Shown here one piece after another: positions 24,972 to 36,200 of a stretch of 64,000 nt of DNA (position 1 is the stretch's first letter; each line of letters starts with the position of its first letter). Below the pieces are notes generated by a model. That model had not been told where the DNA came from. It did not search any database and saw nothing but the letters and a program-made list of their open reading frames with translations. The stretch spans positions 380,565 to 444,564 of the forward strand of contig CAVVSY010000012.1 of assembly GCA_963751005.1 (NCBI GenBank). Reading direction: 5' to 3'. Source of the DNA: an uncultured bacterium. GTDB taxonomy: Bacteria > Actinomycetota > Acidimicrobiia > Spongiisociales > ZC4RG35. The position numbers and the translations under genes were made by a program.

Positions 24972-25060
24972 CCCGACCGAGGCTAACCCCAAGATCGGCC
25001 GAACTTACCGGAGACCCATATCGTCGGCATCGACCACAGTTGTTACGTTTTCCCCAACGA

Positions 25061-27664
25061 ATGCCCCATCTCTACGACTTCGCCGACGCCGACGGCTCGG
25101 ACCGGGACCTCCTCGGCGGAAAAGGAGCTGGTCTCGCCGAGATGACCGGGCTCGGTTTGCCGGTGCCTCCCGGATTCGTGATCACTACCGACGTCTGCCG
25201 TCACACGATGGAGACGCGGGAGATGCCCGATGATCTGTGGGATCAGGTCGACGAGGCGATAGGGCGTCTCGAGGGGAAGACGGGGCGGAAGATTCGGTGG
25301 TGGCCCCATCCCGGTGCTCTTGTCGGTTCGGTCGCGGCAGCAAATACTCCATGCCCGGGATGATGGACACCGTCCTCAACATCGGCATCAACGACGAAGT
25401 CGTCGCCCATCTCGAGGAATGGTCGGGGGACGCCCACTTCGCCTGGGACGCCTACCGCCGATTCGTCCAGATGTACGCCGACGTCGTCCTCGGAGTCGAC
25501 GAGCATCTCTTTCAGGAGGTCTTGACCAACCTGCGTCACAAACGAGGGCGTCACCGATGACTCCGAGCTCACGGCCTCCGACCTGGAGCGGGCCACGCAC
25601 ATGTTCAAGGCGATCGTGGAGGAGCGCCGGCCCGGGGAGCTCCCCTCCGACCCGAGGGAGCAGTTGCAGGGGGCGATCGAGGCAGTCTTCCTCTCGTGGG
25701 GAAACCGGCGGGCGATCGACTATCGCCGGCTCCACAAGATCTCCGACGAGCTCGGCACGGCGGCCAACGTCCAGATGATGGTGTTCGGCGACCTGGGCGA
25801 CGACTCCGGGACCGGGGTCTGCTTCACCAGGGACCCCGCGACAGGGGCCAGGGTCTCCTACGGGGACTACCTGCCTCGCGCCCAGGGCGAGGACGTGGTG
25901 GCGGGGATCCGCAACACGATGTCCCTCGACGAGCTTGCCGGGCTCCACGCCCGCTGTCATGCCGAGCTCCTCGAGATCATGGACGGTCTGGAACGGCACT
26001 ACCGGGACATGTGCGATATCGAGTTCACGATCGAGCGCGATCGGCTCTACATCCTCCAGACCCGCGTGGGCAAGCGCACCGCGGAGGCGGCGGTCCGACT
26101 CGCCGTCACCATGGCGTACGAGGGTCTCATCGACCATCGGACCGCGGTGACGAGAGTGCAGCCGGCCGCCCTCGAGCAGCTCCACCGCCGCCGGATCGAC
26201 ACCCGAACCGCCCCCCCACCTGTGATCAGCGGAGTGGCAGCCTCCCCAGGAGCTGCGTCCGGGAAGGTGGTGTTCACCGCCGACCGGGCGGTGGAACAGG
26301 CCCGAGACGGCGCATCCGTGATCCTGGTGAGACCGGAGACCACCCCTGACGACATCCATGGCATGGCGGCGGCCGTTGGGATCCTCACCAGCCAGGGCGG
26401 CAAGACCTCCCATGCGGCGGTGGTGGCTCGGGGCATGGGCAAGCCGGCCGTGACCGGCGCTGCCGACCTGTTCGTCGATCCCGAAGCCGGTGTGGCCCAC
26501 GTCGGTGGCCACGACTTGCGCGAAGGAGACGAGATCACGATCGATGGGACGAGCGGAGCGGTCTATGTGGCGGCGGTCGACCTGATCGAGCCCGAGACCA
26601 TCCCCGAGCTCGAAGAGCTGCTGGGGTGGGCAGACGAAGTGCGCAAGATGGGGGTCCGCGCCAACGCCGATACCAAAGAGGATGCTGCCGAGGCCAGACG
26701 CCGAGGGGCCGAGGGCATCGGATTGGCCAGGACCGAGCACATGTTCCTCGGGGAACGGCTCGGCATCGTCCAGCGGGTCATCCTCGCTCCCGACGCGGAC
26801 CGTCGAAACCAGGCCCTGGAAGAGCTCGAGAAGATGCAGGTGGGTGATTTCGAAGGCCTGCTGGAGGCGATGGATGGGCTCCCGGTGGTGGTCAGGCTGC
26901 TCGACCCGCCACTGCACGAGTTCCTCCCCAGCCGGCTCGAGCTGGAGAAGGAAGCGCTACGCCGTGTGCGCGCCGGGCGGCCGATCGAGGACCTGCAGAG
27001 CATGTCGGAACAGGTGGCGAGATGGGAGGAGGACAACCCGATGCTCGGTCTTCGGGGTGTTCGTCTCGGTCTGATGGTCGACCAGCTCTACAGGATGCAG
27101 GCCCGGGCTGCAGTCACGGCCTATGAGAGGCGTCTCGCCGCCGGCGGAAGGCCGATCCTCGAGATCATGGTGCCGCTGGTGGCCACGGCGGAGGAGCTGC
27201 GCCGGATGCGCGAGGTGATCCTCGAAGAGATCGGGGAACACCACGAGATCCCGGTGGGGACCATGATCGAGCTCCCCCGTGCAGCTCTCACCGCCGGAGA
27301 GATCGCCGGGGTCGCCGACTTCTTCTCATTCGGTACCAACGACCTCACCCAGATGACGTACGGGCTGAGCCGCGACGATGCAGAGGGGCTGTTCCTTCGC
27401 GACTACCTGGAGCAGGGCATTCTCAGCAGCGACCCGTTCCAGACTCTGGACCGGGATGGGGTGGGACGTCTCATCGCAGTCGCCTGCCGGGAGGGTCTTG
27501 CCGCCAACCCGGCCCTGAAGCTCGGGTTGTGCGGCGAGCACGGCGGCGACCCCGATTCGATCGACTTCGTCCACGGTCTCGGCCTCGACTACGTGTCATG
27601 CAGCCCGCCACGCGTGGAGGGGGCGCGTCTCGCTGCCGCTCAGGCCGAGCTAAAGGAGGATTAG
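25061..27664 (+). CDS. ppdK: pyruvate, phosphate dikinase (frameshifted)
   Basis: LGGKGAGLAEM, SMPGMMDTVLN, GGKTSHAAVVARG, EDNPMLGLRG, GLCGEHGG. Confidence 0.95.
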
Positions 27665-28348
27665 CCGGTCGATCTCGGCGAGCACCTCGGCCACGCCCTC
27701 TCCGGTGGTGGCTGTGGTGACCAGGATCCTGGCGTCCCTGGAATCGGCGGTCTCCCGCAGGGCCCGGACGACGTCGCTCACGCCGGGGCGATCCCCCTTG
27801 TTGACCACGTAGACATCGGCGATCTCGACGATGCCGGCCTTGTCCGCCTGCACCTGATCACCCCAGGACGGTCCCACGACCAGGACGACCACATCGGCGA
27901 GATGCATGACCTCGACTTCCGATTGCCCGACACCGACGGTCTCCACCACGAGGCGGTCGAACCCGGCGCTGCCCATCAGTGCGACTGCCGAGTGGGTTGC
28001 CTCGGCGAGCCCACCCAGATGGCCCCGGGTCGCCATCGACCTGATGTAGACGCCGTCGTCGTCGACATGAGCCTGCATCCGTATCCGGTCGCCGAGTAGG
28101 GCACCACCCGTGATCGGGCTCGAGGGATCCACGGCGAGAACGGCGATGGTCTCGCCGCGACTTCGCACCAGCTCGATCATCGCCGCGATCAAGGTCGACT
28201 TGCCCACCCCTGGCGGGCCGGTGATGCCGATCACCCGACCCGGTGGGAGCTCGTCGATTCGATCGCGCCCCTCTTCGACGAGTGTGATCGCCCGGGAGAG
28301 GGCGCGCCGGTCTCCGGAGCGAACGGCATCGAGCAGGGCGGCATCCAT
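27650..28348 (-). CDS. meaB: MeaB/ArgK-family GTPase (short form)
   Basis: GPPGVGKST, DPSSP..GGALLGDRIRM, ETVGVGQSE, NKGD. Confidence 0.88.
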   Translation of the reverse strand: MDAALLDAVRSGDRRALSRAITLVEEGRDRIDELPPGRVIGITGPPGVGKSTLIAAMIELVRSRGETIAVLAVDPSSPITGGALLGDRIRMQAHVDDDGVYIRSMATRGHLGGLAEATHSAVALMGSAGFDRLVVETVGVGQSEVEVMHLADVVVLVVGPSWGDQVQADKAGIVEIADVYVVNKGDRPGVSDVVRALRETADSRDARILVTTATTGEGVAEVLAEIDRLILL

Positions 28349-28368
28349 GACGCGGAGCCTAGGGTCGA

Positions 28369-28710
28369 TCAGAGGGTGGGCAGGGAGATCCCGATGCCGT
28401 CGGTCACCTCGTCGAGGGCCCCGGGGGCGTCGGCGGAGGCGATGACCTCTTTGACGCCGGGGACGCGGTCCTTGAGGATCCGCTCGATACCCGATTTCAG
28501 GGTCATCATCGACAACGGACAGCCCCCACAGGCCCCAACCATCTGCAGGCTCACCTTGCCGTCCTCGGCACCGAGCAGCACCAGGTCACCGCCGTCGGCT
28601 TGCACGGCGGGACGGATGTATTCGAGGGCCTCGTTGAGCTTCTCGGTGTCGATGGGGCCGTCGGCGACTGCGGCCGGGGCAATTGTCACTGGAATCGAAT
28701 TATCCGACAT
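28369..28710 (-). CDS. NifU/Nfu-family Fe-S carrier
   Basis: IRPAVQADGGD, GACGGCP. Confidence 0.9.
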   Translation of the reverse strand: MSDNSIPVTIAPAAVADGPIDTEKLNEALEYIRPAVQADGGDLVLLGAEDGKVSLQMVGACGGCPLSMMTLKSGIERILKDRVPGVKEVIASADAPGALDEVTDGIGISLPTL

Positions 28711-28766
28711 TCTCTTGGGTCAAACCGATCGACGTGAGGGGTTGTTCCCGAGTGTAGGGACCGTCC

Positions 28767-30017
28767 TCAGGTGCGCTCAATCCTCGCCCCGAGCCCACTC
28801 AGCCGCCCGACGAAGTCCTCGTAGCCCCGGTCGATGTGGGACGCATCGCTGATCTCGGTGGTCCCCTCGGCGACCAGGCCGGCGAGGACCAGAGCCGCCC
28901 CCGCACGGATATCGGGCGCGAGGACAGGGCACCCCGACAGACTGCCCACCCCCCGGATGATGGCGTGCTGTGCCTCGATGGAGATGTCGGCACCCATGCG
29001 AAGCAATTCGCCCACATACCGGTAGCGGGCGTCGTAGAGGTTCTCGGTTATCACCGACGTGCCGGTGGCCACGGAGAGCAACGCCACCATCTGTGGCTGC
29101 ATGTCGGTATGGAAACCGGGATAGGGCAGAGTGGCGAAGTCGATCGCATTGGGGCGTTCGGGGCCTTTCACCCGAAGCCACCCGTCTCCCTTCTCGACGT
29201 GGCAACCCGCCGATTCCAGCTTGGTCAGCTCCATGCGCAGATGATCGGGATGGCAGCCGGTGACCGTGACATCACCTCCGGTGATCGCGCCCGCCACCGC
29301 GTAGGTCCCCGCTTCGAGACGGTCGGGGACCACCCTGTGCTCCACGGGCTGGAGACTCTCGACTCCCTCGATGCTGAGCAAGGACGTCCCAGCACCTTCG
29401 ATCCGAGCCCCCATGGCGTTGAGCTGGACGATCAGGTCCTGGATCTCCGGCTCCCGGGCCGCGTTGACGATCACGGTCTCCCCCTCGGCCAGGACACTGG
29501 CGAAGACGAAGTTCTCCGTGGCCCCGACCGAAGGGAACGGAAGCTCGATCTCGGTGCCTTTGAGTCGTCCGTCCACCGTGGCGACCAGCTCGCCATGGAC
29601 CAGGTCGAAACTCGCCCCCATCTGCTCCAGACCGTGCATGTGCCATTCGATGGGCCGCGCCCCCAGGTCGTCACCACCAGGGAGGGCGACACGTGCCTCG
29701 CCGCAACGGGCGAGCAGGGGGCCGAGGACCACTATCGAGGCTCGCATCTGGCGGACGAGCTCGATGGGTGCCTCGGGGCGGGGCTCTTCGGGCACGACGA
29801 TCCACAGCTCATGGTCTCCATGCTCCACCCTGCACCCGGTGTGCTCGAGCACCTGTGCCATCAGCTCCACGTCGAGGATCGCCGGGACGTTGGTGAGGTG
29901 ATGGCGCCCCGGGGCGAGCAGCGTGGCGACGATCTCCTTGAGGACGGCGTTCTTGGCCCCCAGGGTCTGCACCGTCCCGGATAGGCGCGCTCCGCCCTCG
30001 ACGAGGATCTCGGACAT
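28767..30017 (-). CDS. murA: UDP-GlcNAc 1-carboxyvinyltransferase
   Basis: GAKNA, MRAS, SVGATEN, PDRLEAGT, DIRAGA, HIDRGYE. Confidence 0.96.
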   Translation of the reverse strand: MSEILVEGGARLSGTVQTLGAKNAVLKEIVATLLAPGRHHLTNVPAILDVELMAQVLEHTGCRVEHGDHELWIVVPEEPRPEAPIELVRQMRASIVVLGPLLARCGEARVALPGGDDLGARPIEWHMHGLEQMGASFDLVHGELVATVDGRLKGTEIELPFPSVGATENFVFASVLAEGETVIVNAAREPEIQDLIVQLNAMGARIEGAGTSLLSIEGVESLQPVEHRVVPDRLEAGTYAVAGAITGGDVTVTGCHPDHLRMELTKLESAGCHVEKGDGWLRVKGPERPNAIDFATLPYPGFHTDMQPQMVALLSVATGTSVITENLYDARYRYVGELLRMGADISIEAQHAIIRGVGSLSGCPVLAPDIRAGAALVLAGLVAEGTTEISDASHIDRGYEDFVGRLSGLGARIERT

Positions 30018-30097
30018 CAGCGCGAATCTACCTGCGTGCCCCGGAAAGACCCGGAGACCCGGCTGAATCCGGTGTCGGGGCTACCCTGCCTGCGGTC

Positions 30098-30538
30098 ATG
30101 AGAATCGCCGTCGGATCCGATCACGCCGGATACCCCATGAAAGAGCGTCTCGCCTCCTGGCTCGCCGAGTCGGGTCATGCCGTATACGACCTGGGCACGC
30201 ACAACACCGACCCGGTCGACTATCCGGACTATGCGGCGGCCGTCGCTCAGGCAGTCCTCGATGGCAGGGCGGACCGCGGGATCGTCATCTGCGGCTCCGG
30301 CGCTGGTGCCGCCATCGCCGCCAACAAGCTCCAGGGGATCCGGGCAGCGGTCGCCCACGACGGCTACACCGCTCATCAGATGGTGGAGCACGATGACGTC
30401 AACGTCCTCTGTCTCGGGTCTCGCGTCGTCGGCGAGTCGCTCGCCGAGGACCTGGTGACGACATTCATCGCCGCCAAGTTCACCCGGGACGACCGTCACG
30501 TGCGGCGGCTCGACAAGATCCGGGCTCTGGAGGCCTAG
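30098..30538 (+). CDS. rpiB: ribose-5-phosphate isomerase B
   Basis: GSDHAG, VDYPD, CGSGAG, ANK, RHVRR. Confidence 0.92.
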   Translation: MRIAVGSDHAGYPMKERLASWLAESGHAVYDLGTHNTDPVDYPDYAAAVAQAVLDGRADRGIVICGSGAGAAIAANKLQGIRAAVAHDGYTAHQMVEHDDVNVLCLGSRVVGESLAEDLVTTFIAAKFTRDDRHVRRLDKIRALEA

Positions 30539-30543
30539 GGACC

Positions 30544-31203
30544 TCAGCCGGTGATGCTCTGCTCGGCCAGGGCCTTCATCGTGTCGAGACCCGCGACTCC
30601 GACTACACCGGCGAACCGGCCGAGGACCTTGCCCTCACCGTCGAGCACCACGTAGAACGGCGTTCCGCGCATCCCGTAGGCGATCACGGCGCTCGATTCC
30701 TGGTCGTCCATGACCGTGGGGAGGCTCCAACCCTCCTCCTCCAACCAGTCTTGAGGTGGCCAGTTGCCCTGGAGACGATTGGTGAGGACGGTGAGACCGT
30801 ACATGTCGACGTCGCTCCCGAGCCCGCCACCGTCGACCCAGTCGACGATCACAGGCACCTCGGCCTGGCAGTGGGGGCACCAGTGGGCGAGGAAGACCAG
30901 GATCTTGGGCCGGCCGTCGGGACCGATCGTGGTGGGCACGTCGTTCCAGTCGGCGCCGCTGACCACCGGGGCGTCGAGACCCAGCGACGGGTCGGCCAGG
31001 CTGGCGTCGGGGTACACCGGCAGGGGCTCCCCCTCCACGGTGACCTCACCGAACCCGATGGACTCGTCCTGTCCGGGATCCCCGGCGATGGAGAAGGCCA
31101 GCCACACGATCAGGCCGAGACCCACCACCCCGCCGATGATCCACCACAGGGTGTTGCTAGCCGGCTGTTGCTTGTTCTTGTTCGAAGCTGTTTTTGTTGA
31201 CAT
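30544..31203 (-). CDS. membrane-anchored TlpA/ResA-like thioredoxin
   Basis: TM anchor, WCPHC, GTP. Confidence 0.85.
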   Translation of the reverse strand: MSTKTASNKNKQQPASNTLWWIIGGVVGLGLIVWLAFSIAGDPGQDESIGFGEVTVEGEPLPVYPDASLADPSLGLDAPVVSGADWNDVPTTIGPDGRPKILVFLAHWCPHCQAEVPVIVDWVDGGGLGSDVDMYGLTVLTNRLQGNWPPQDWLEEEGWSLPTVMDDQESSAVIAYGMRGTPFYVVLDGEGKVLGRFAGVVGVAGLDTMKALAEQSITG

Positions 31204-31717
31204 AGAGACCAAGTAGGACGGAGATCAGGATAAACGCACATCCAGCCATAAACGGGATGGTGACGAAACCGAAGATGTCGATCTCCGTCGCCGAGCACGG
31301 GTTGGCCGGATCGCAGGCCCCACCTTCGAGGTTGGGGAACCGCTGGATCAGGTAGTGATAGATCGATATGCCCAGACCGAGGATGGATAGCGGTAGCGCG
31401 TAGTACTTGACCTGGAACTCGCGTCTGATCGCACCGACGAGCAGCACGATCGCCATCGGGTACATGGCGATCCGTTGGAACCAGCACAGACGGCATGGGA
31501 CGAAGTGGATCACCTCCGAGTAGACGAGCGAGCCGACGGTGGCCACGAGGGCCACGGCCCACGCCGCCCAGATCGCCTTGCCACCTAGAGCCGTCGCCGC
31601 ATCCGGGCCCTTGACGATGCGGAGGACCACCAGCACCACCGTGGCGGCCAGCGCGACGAAGGCGAGCAGCGCCAGGAGTGTGCTGTAGAAGAGGATGGCG
31701 TCGTTCGACATGATCAC
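31157..31717 (-). CDS. disulfide bond formation protein DsbB/BdbC
   Basis: [10 protein letters not shown], second Cys pair CDPANPC, TM helices. Confidence 0.9.
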   Translation of the reverse strand: MIMSNDAILFYSTLLALLAFVALAATVVLVVLRIVKGPDAATALGGKAIWAAWAVALVATVGSLVYSEVIHFVPCRLCWFQRIAMYPMAIVLLVGAIRREFQVKYYALPLSILGLGISIYHYLIQRFPNLEGGACDPANPCSATEIDIFGFVTIPFMAGCAFILISVLLGLYVNKNSFEQEQATAG

Positions 31718-31901
31718 CGGGAGTGACAGACGTTATCCGTCTGCCGGCCCTGGTGATAATCACGCTCCCTCGCCCGTCACCGTGCGTGGTGGCGGCCTAC
31801 CGTCGAGTCTTCGGCTGGGCGCCCGTTGGTTGGGCGGCCTTGAGGTCCCAAGGGGGAGGCACCTCCACGGACGCCCAGCCCAGAACTCGACTAACGAGAC
31901 C

Positions 31902-32936
31902 TCACAACATCGGCATCACCACCTTGAAGACCGTTATGTCGTCGGGTCGTTCGTAGGTCAACGTCCCGCCCATGAGACGGGCCAGCTCCCTGGCGATCCA
32001 GAGACCGAGACCCACCGAGCCCGGCGCAGGGGACCGGGCATCGGACCCGTCACCGACGATCAGAGCAGCCAGGGAATCGGGGATCCCGGGGCCGTGATCC
32101 CTCACCTCGACGACGGCCATGCCCGACTCCTCCAGGATCGAAATCGACACGGGTGCCTTGCCGTGACGTAGAGCGTTGGTGAGCAGGTTGCGGACGATCT
32201 GGCGGTAGCGAGCCGGGTCGCCGATCGCGTTCACGGCCTGCTCCTCACTGACCCTGATGGCATCGCCCCGCCCACCCATCGACTCGATCACCTGAGCTAC
32301 GTTGGCGCCGACATTGACCCGCACTTTGGCCATCCACAACGCGCCCAGCTCCGCATTGGCCACTGTCAGCAGGTCCTCGACGATGCCCGCCAGGTCCCAT
32401 GCCTGATCGGTCATGTCGCGGACCATCTCCACCCTGGCGTCATCGTCGAGCATCGACCTGGGCTCGGCGAGGAGGCTGGCGTAACCGACCACTGCGGTCA
32501 GGGGAGTTCGCAGCTCATCACTGACCGCGGCGAGGAAGTCGCTGCGATCCCGAACCAGATCGACGATCGTCTGCCCCGCATTGCGAATCCCGGTGATGTT
32601 CTTGAACACCACGAGGACCACCGGGGCCGACACCAGCGGTCGCGCCGTGATTCGGTAGAGGTCCGAGCCCGAGCGGTGCTCGGCGAAGGCCCCGCCGGTC
32701 ATCTCGGCGTTGACGATCATGTCGTGGACCAAGGCGCGGGCCGCCGGGTCGAGCACATCGGCGATCGAGTCTCCCGGGCCGACGACTCTGGTGAACACGG
32801 GCGACTCGGGCCGGTTGACCCTGAGGATCCTTCGCTCCAGGTCGAGCTGGACGATGGTGTCGGGCAAGGAGCCCAACACCTCGTCGAAAGTCGCTTCTAG
32901 CGTCCGATCGGAGAAGTCGGGTGAAGGCTGTGGCAA
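31902..32936 (-). CDS. orphan soluble PAS-like histidine-kinase-family protein
   Basis: VSDELRTPLT, NLLTNA, DHGPG, GLGL; no TM segment; GGAGAG RBS before TTG. Confidence 0.85.
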   Translation of the reverse strand: MPQPSPDFSDRTLEATFDEVLGSLPDTIVQLDLERRILRVNRPESPVFTRVVGPGDSIADVLDPAARALVHDMIVNAEMTGGAFAEHRSGSDLYRITARPLVSAPVVLVVFKNITGIRNAGQTIVDLVRDRSDFLAAVSDELRTPLTAVVGYASLLAEPRSMLDDDARVEMVRDMTDQAWDLAGIVEDLLTVANAELGALWMAKVRVNVGANVAQVIESMGGRGDAIRVSEEQAVNAIGDPARYRQIVRNLLTNALRHGKAPVSISILEESGMAVVEVRDHGPGIPDSLAALIVGDGSDARSPAPGSVGLGLWIARELARLMGGTLTYERPDDITVFKVVMPML

Positions 32937-32955
32937 GTGGCTCTCTCCAACGAGA

Positions 32956-32989
32956 ACGAGCCGGCCCCGGGGAGGAGGAGCCGGCTCGT
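32956..32989 (-). terminator. GC-rich stem-loop after the small peptide gene
   Basis: ACGAGCCGGC...GCCGGCTCGT inverted repeat followed by TCTCGTT on minus strand. Confidence 0.6.
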
Positions 32990-33012
32990 CACTGTGGTTC
33001 CGGGCCTTTGAT

Positions 33013-33105
33013 TCAGCTCATCTCACTTGTGGATGCGAGGGCAGGCGCGGCAACGGCGAGCGCACTGAGAACGACGAGTAGGAGAACGTAGAGACGACGA
33101 CGCAT
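33013..33105 (-). CDS. 30-aa secreted propeptide candidate (signal peptide + STSEMS); not in ORF track
   Basis: GGAGG 7 nt before ATG; MRRRLYVLLLVVLSALAVAAPALA-STSEMS*. Confidence 0.75.
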   Translation of the reverse strand: MRRRLYVLLLVVLSALAVAAPALASTSEMS

Positions 33106-33211
33106 TTGGGGACCTCCATCAGCCGGGGCTTTTGCCTTTACGACCCCCAATATGCGTTATGGCCGTCTTTTCACTGTCTCAACCCCTGGGCCCGCTCGCG
33201 CCAACCTTCCG

Positions 33212-36200
33212 TCACCCGGCGCGACGTTGTCCCCGCGTGTCGATCACGTGACCTTGCGCTCGGAGGAACGCCAAATCGCGCCGAATGGTCGACGGGCTGA
33301 CAGCGAGATGCCTCGGCCAGATTCTCCACAGAAGGCACAGCGCCTCCGCGTAGGGCTTCACCCATGAGACGCAATACCCGGGCCCGCCGTCTGGCGATCT
33401 CGTTCTCGACCCTCTCGTCATCGGGATGCTCCACGGTCCAGATGACCAGCCGACGGTCGTCGCCCTCCAAAGGCCGCCCGGTTGGAGCCCCCGCAGCGGG
33501 GAGACTCACCTCGACCATCCGCGGGGAGACGCTCTGCGCCATCGCCACGATCAGACGGTGCTCGGGAACTCGAGCCACCGCCCTCTCGAACTCCGGATCG
33601 GTGAGACCGGCAAGGGCCTGTCGTAACGCACGATCGGCCAGGATCATCGCCGCACGAGCTTCGTCGGGGACACCGGCGGCGCTGGCGGCCAAGGCATGAC
33701 GATGGTGGAGGAAGATGAGGGCGCTCCACGCCCGGGGACAGGCCTGGAGACCGCCTCACGGGCGAGTTGCAGCGCCGTGGAGTGATCGCCGTCCCCCAGA
33801 GTCGCCTGACTTCGAATCGAGATCAGCTCGACGGCCAGGTCGTCCAGATGTGCCTCGGAGCACACGCGTGCTGCCTCGTCGAGCGCTTCGATGGCTGCCG
33901 CCATGTCTCCGTCCAGGATCTCGAGGAGGGCGACAGAACGTAGCTGCTGCACCTCTAACACCGGGTTTCCCGAGCCTGCCAGGTCGGCCATCCCCGACTT
34001 CAGGAGCTCCCGCGCCTCGCGGAGCCTCCCCCTCCGGGTCTCGACCCCGGCGATGGTCTCCTGACACTGCGCACGGCGGGCCTTGTCGCCGATCGCGGCA
34101 AAGAAGGTCATCGCTGTGGTCGCATCGGTGCGGGCGCGGTCGTCATCACCCAGGAACTCATGGCGAGCTGAGGCAGAGTTGGCAAGGACCATCGCCTCAC
34201 CTCGACGATTGCCCAGCTCGGAGAAGATCCGCGGCGGCTTGGTCATAGCCACCCAAAGCGCCGGCTAACCGAGCCCGAGAGCTTGAAGATGTTCGACAGA
34301 TTCGTCAGGTTGACCCCTTCGCCATGTCTGTAGCCGATCCGCCGACAGAGCTCGATCGCGGTCTCGTAGCGCGCTATCGCCTCGGTCGGTTCGCCATGCC
34401 GGTGCAGGAGGCGTGCCTCGATCCCGGCGACCTCCGCCTGGCCACGGAGATCGCCCAGCTCGGTGAAAATGAGGCTGGCCTCTTCGAGGTGAGCGAGGGC
34501 AGGCTCCACGCGCTGCAACTCCACGAACGTCGAGGCCAGTTCTGTCATCGCATCAGCGCGACGACGCTCGTCGGTGGCGACTTCCACCGCCTCGGAAAGA
34601 GCGGGCACGGCGTCGAGCGGCCGACCCGACCAACGCCGGATCGTTCCCAGAGCCACCAACGCAGAGCCGAGGACGGCGGCGTCGCCGTCGAGACGACCGA
34701 TCGCAACCGAGCGATCCGCGCTCGCCTCCGCTCCTTGGAGATCGCCGGTTTGCGCCAACAGCCAGGCCCGCCGCCGCGCCACATCGGCCTCACCACCGGG
34801 CACACCCCGAGCCATCTCCTCCATGTGGTCGATGACCCCACGTTCCGCGTCGCGATCGCCGAGAACACCGAGGACGTCTTCGAGCAGACCCAGGATCTCG
34901 TATGTCGTCGACTCGGCGAGCCCGGAAACGACGGCACAGTCGCGGGCCGACTCGAGGTGACTCCGAGCCGACGCGTAGGCGTTCATCTCGATCGCCTTGA
35001 GACCGGCCCGACGCAGGTAAGGGGCAGCCTTCGCTGGGTCGCCACCTTCCCGGAAGTGGTATCCGATGGCCTCCACGTTGTCCGGGTCCCCAGACGGAGA
35101 GCGTCGCCCCGACCAGGAGATGGAGGTCGCTGCGACTCTCCTGCGACATTCCGTCGTACACCACCTGCCTGATCTGGTCATGCGTCAGTTGGAACCGCCC
35201 GACCTCCTCGTCGCGCAGCAGACCCCGGTAGAGCAACTCGTCGACCGCATTGAGGACCGTCGTCTTGTCGAGACCGGATGCCGCCTGCAGGAACGGGATG
35301 TCGACCCGATCTCCGGCGACGGCGGCCAATCGATAGACCAACGCGGCCGATTCCCCCAGCAGCGAGAGCCTCGACTCGATCACCCACCTCACCCTCGGGG
35401 CCACGGGAACGTTCCGATCCTGGAGATGACGGTCGAGGACGGAAGCCGGGTCGACACCCGACTCGAAGAGCCCCTGATCCCGGATCGACAGCAGCGTCTC
35501 CAGGGTGAACAGCACGTTCCCGCCCGTCTGGCGATGCAGGCGCGCCGCCACGGTCGAATCGAGCCGGCCCGTCCCGAGGATCCGCCGCACCATCTTGTCG
35601 AGCTCGAAGACGGAGAGGGGCGACAAGATGACCCTTCCCACCCCGGCCACACGGTCGAGCTCGCGGAGAACGTCCCAGACCTCGGCGTCCCCCCTCGCCT
35701 CCTCGCTTCGGTAGAGCACGGCGAAGAGGACCCGCGAGTCGACGAGTCGGGAGCCGACCTGGGTGAGGACCGCCAGGGTGTCCCGATCGGCCCAGTGGAC
35801 GTCGTCGATGATGATCAGGTGAGGTGCGATCCTCCCCAGAGCGACGATGGTGTGGACGAGCGCCTCGATCATGCGAGCCGATTCCTCAGCCGGCCGCGAT
35901 GAGGACTGGGCGACCGGGTCACCGGCGCCGGCGAAGACCGGGGCGAGACGCGCCACCTCCTGCAGCCAAACCGGGGACACCTGCTCCGACACCTGCTCGA
36001 TGCGGAGAGGGCTGAGCGATTCGAGCACCTCGATCAACGGGGCGAAGGGGCGCAGCGCACCGGGCCGACACGATCCCCAGTTGACTTCGAAGCCACGCCA
36101 TCGCGCGTCTTCGGCTGCCTCCAGGGTCGTCCGGGTCTTGCCCACACCTGGCTCGCCCTCGACCAGGACGACTCCCCCGCCCCGGAGAGGACCGCGTTCC

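Noticed and set aside
28836-29984. Long antisense or alternative-frame ORFs (also 2834-3952, 25388-26917, 36984-38585)
   Set aside because: Shadow frames of real genes, expected in high-GC DNA; no recognisable motifs.
28369-31717. Selenoproteins among the redox genes
   Set aside because: Their CxxC motifs are encoded as Cys; no in-frame TGA was noticed at a catalytic position.
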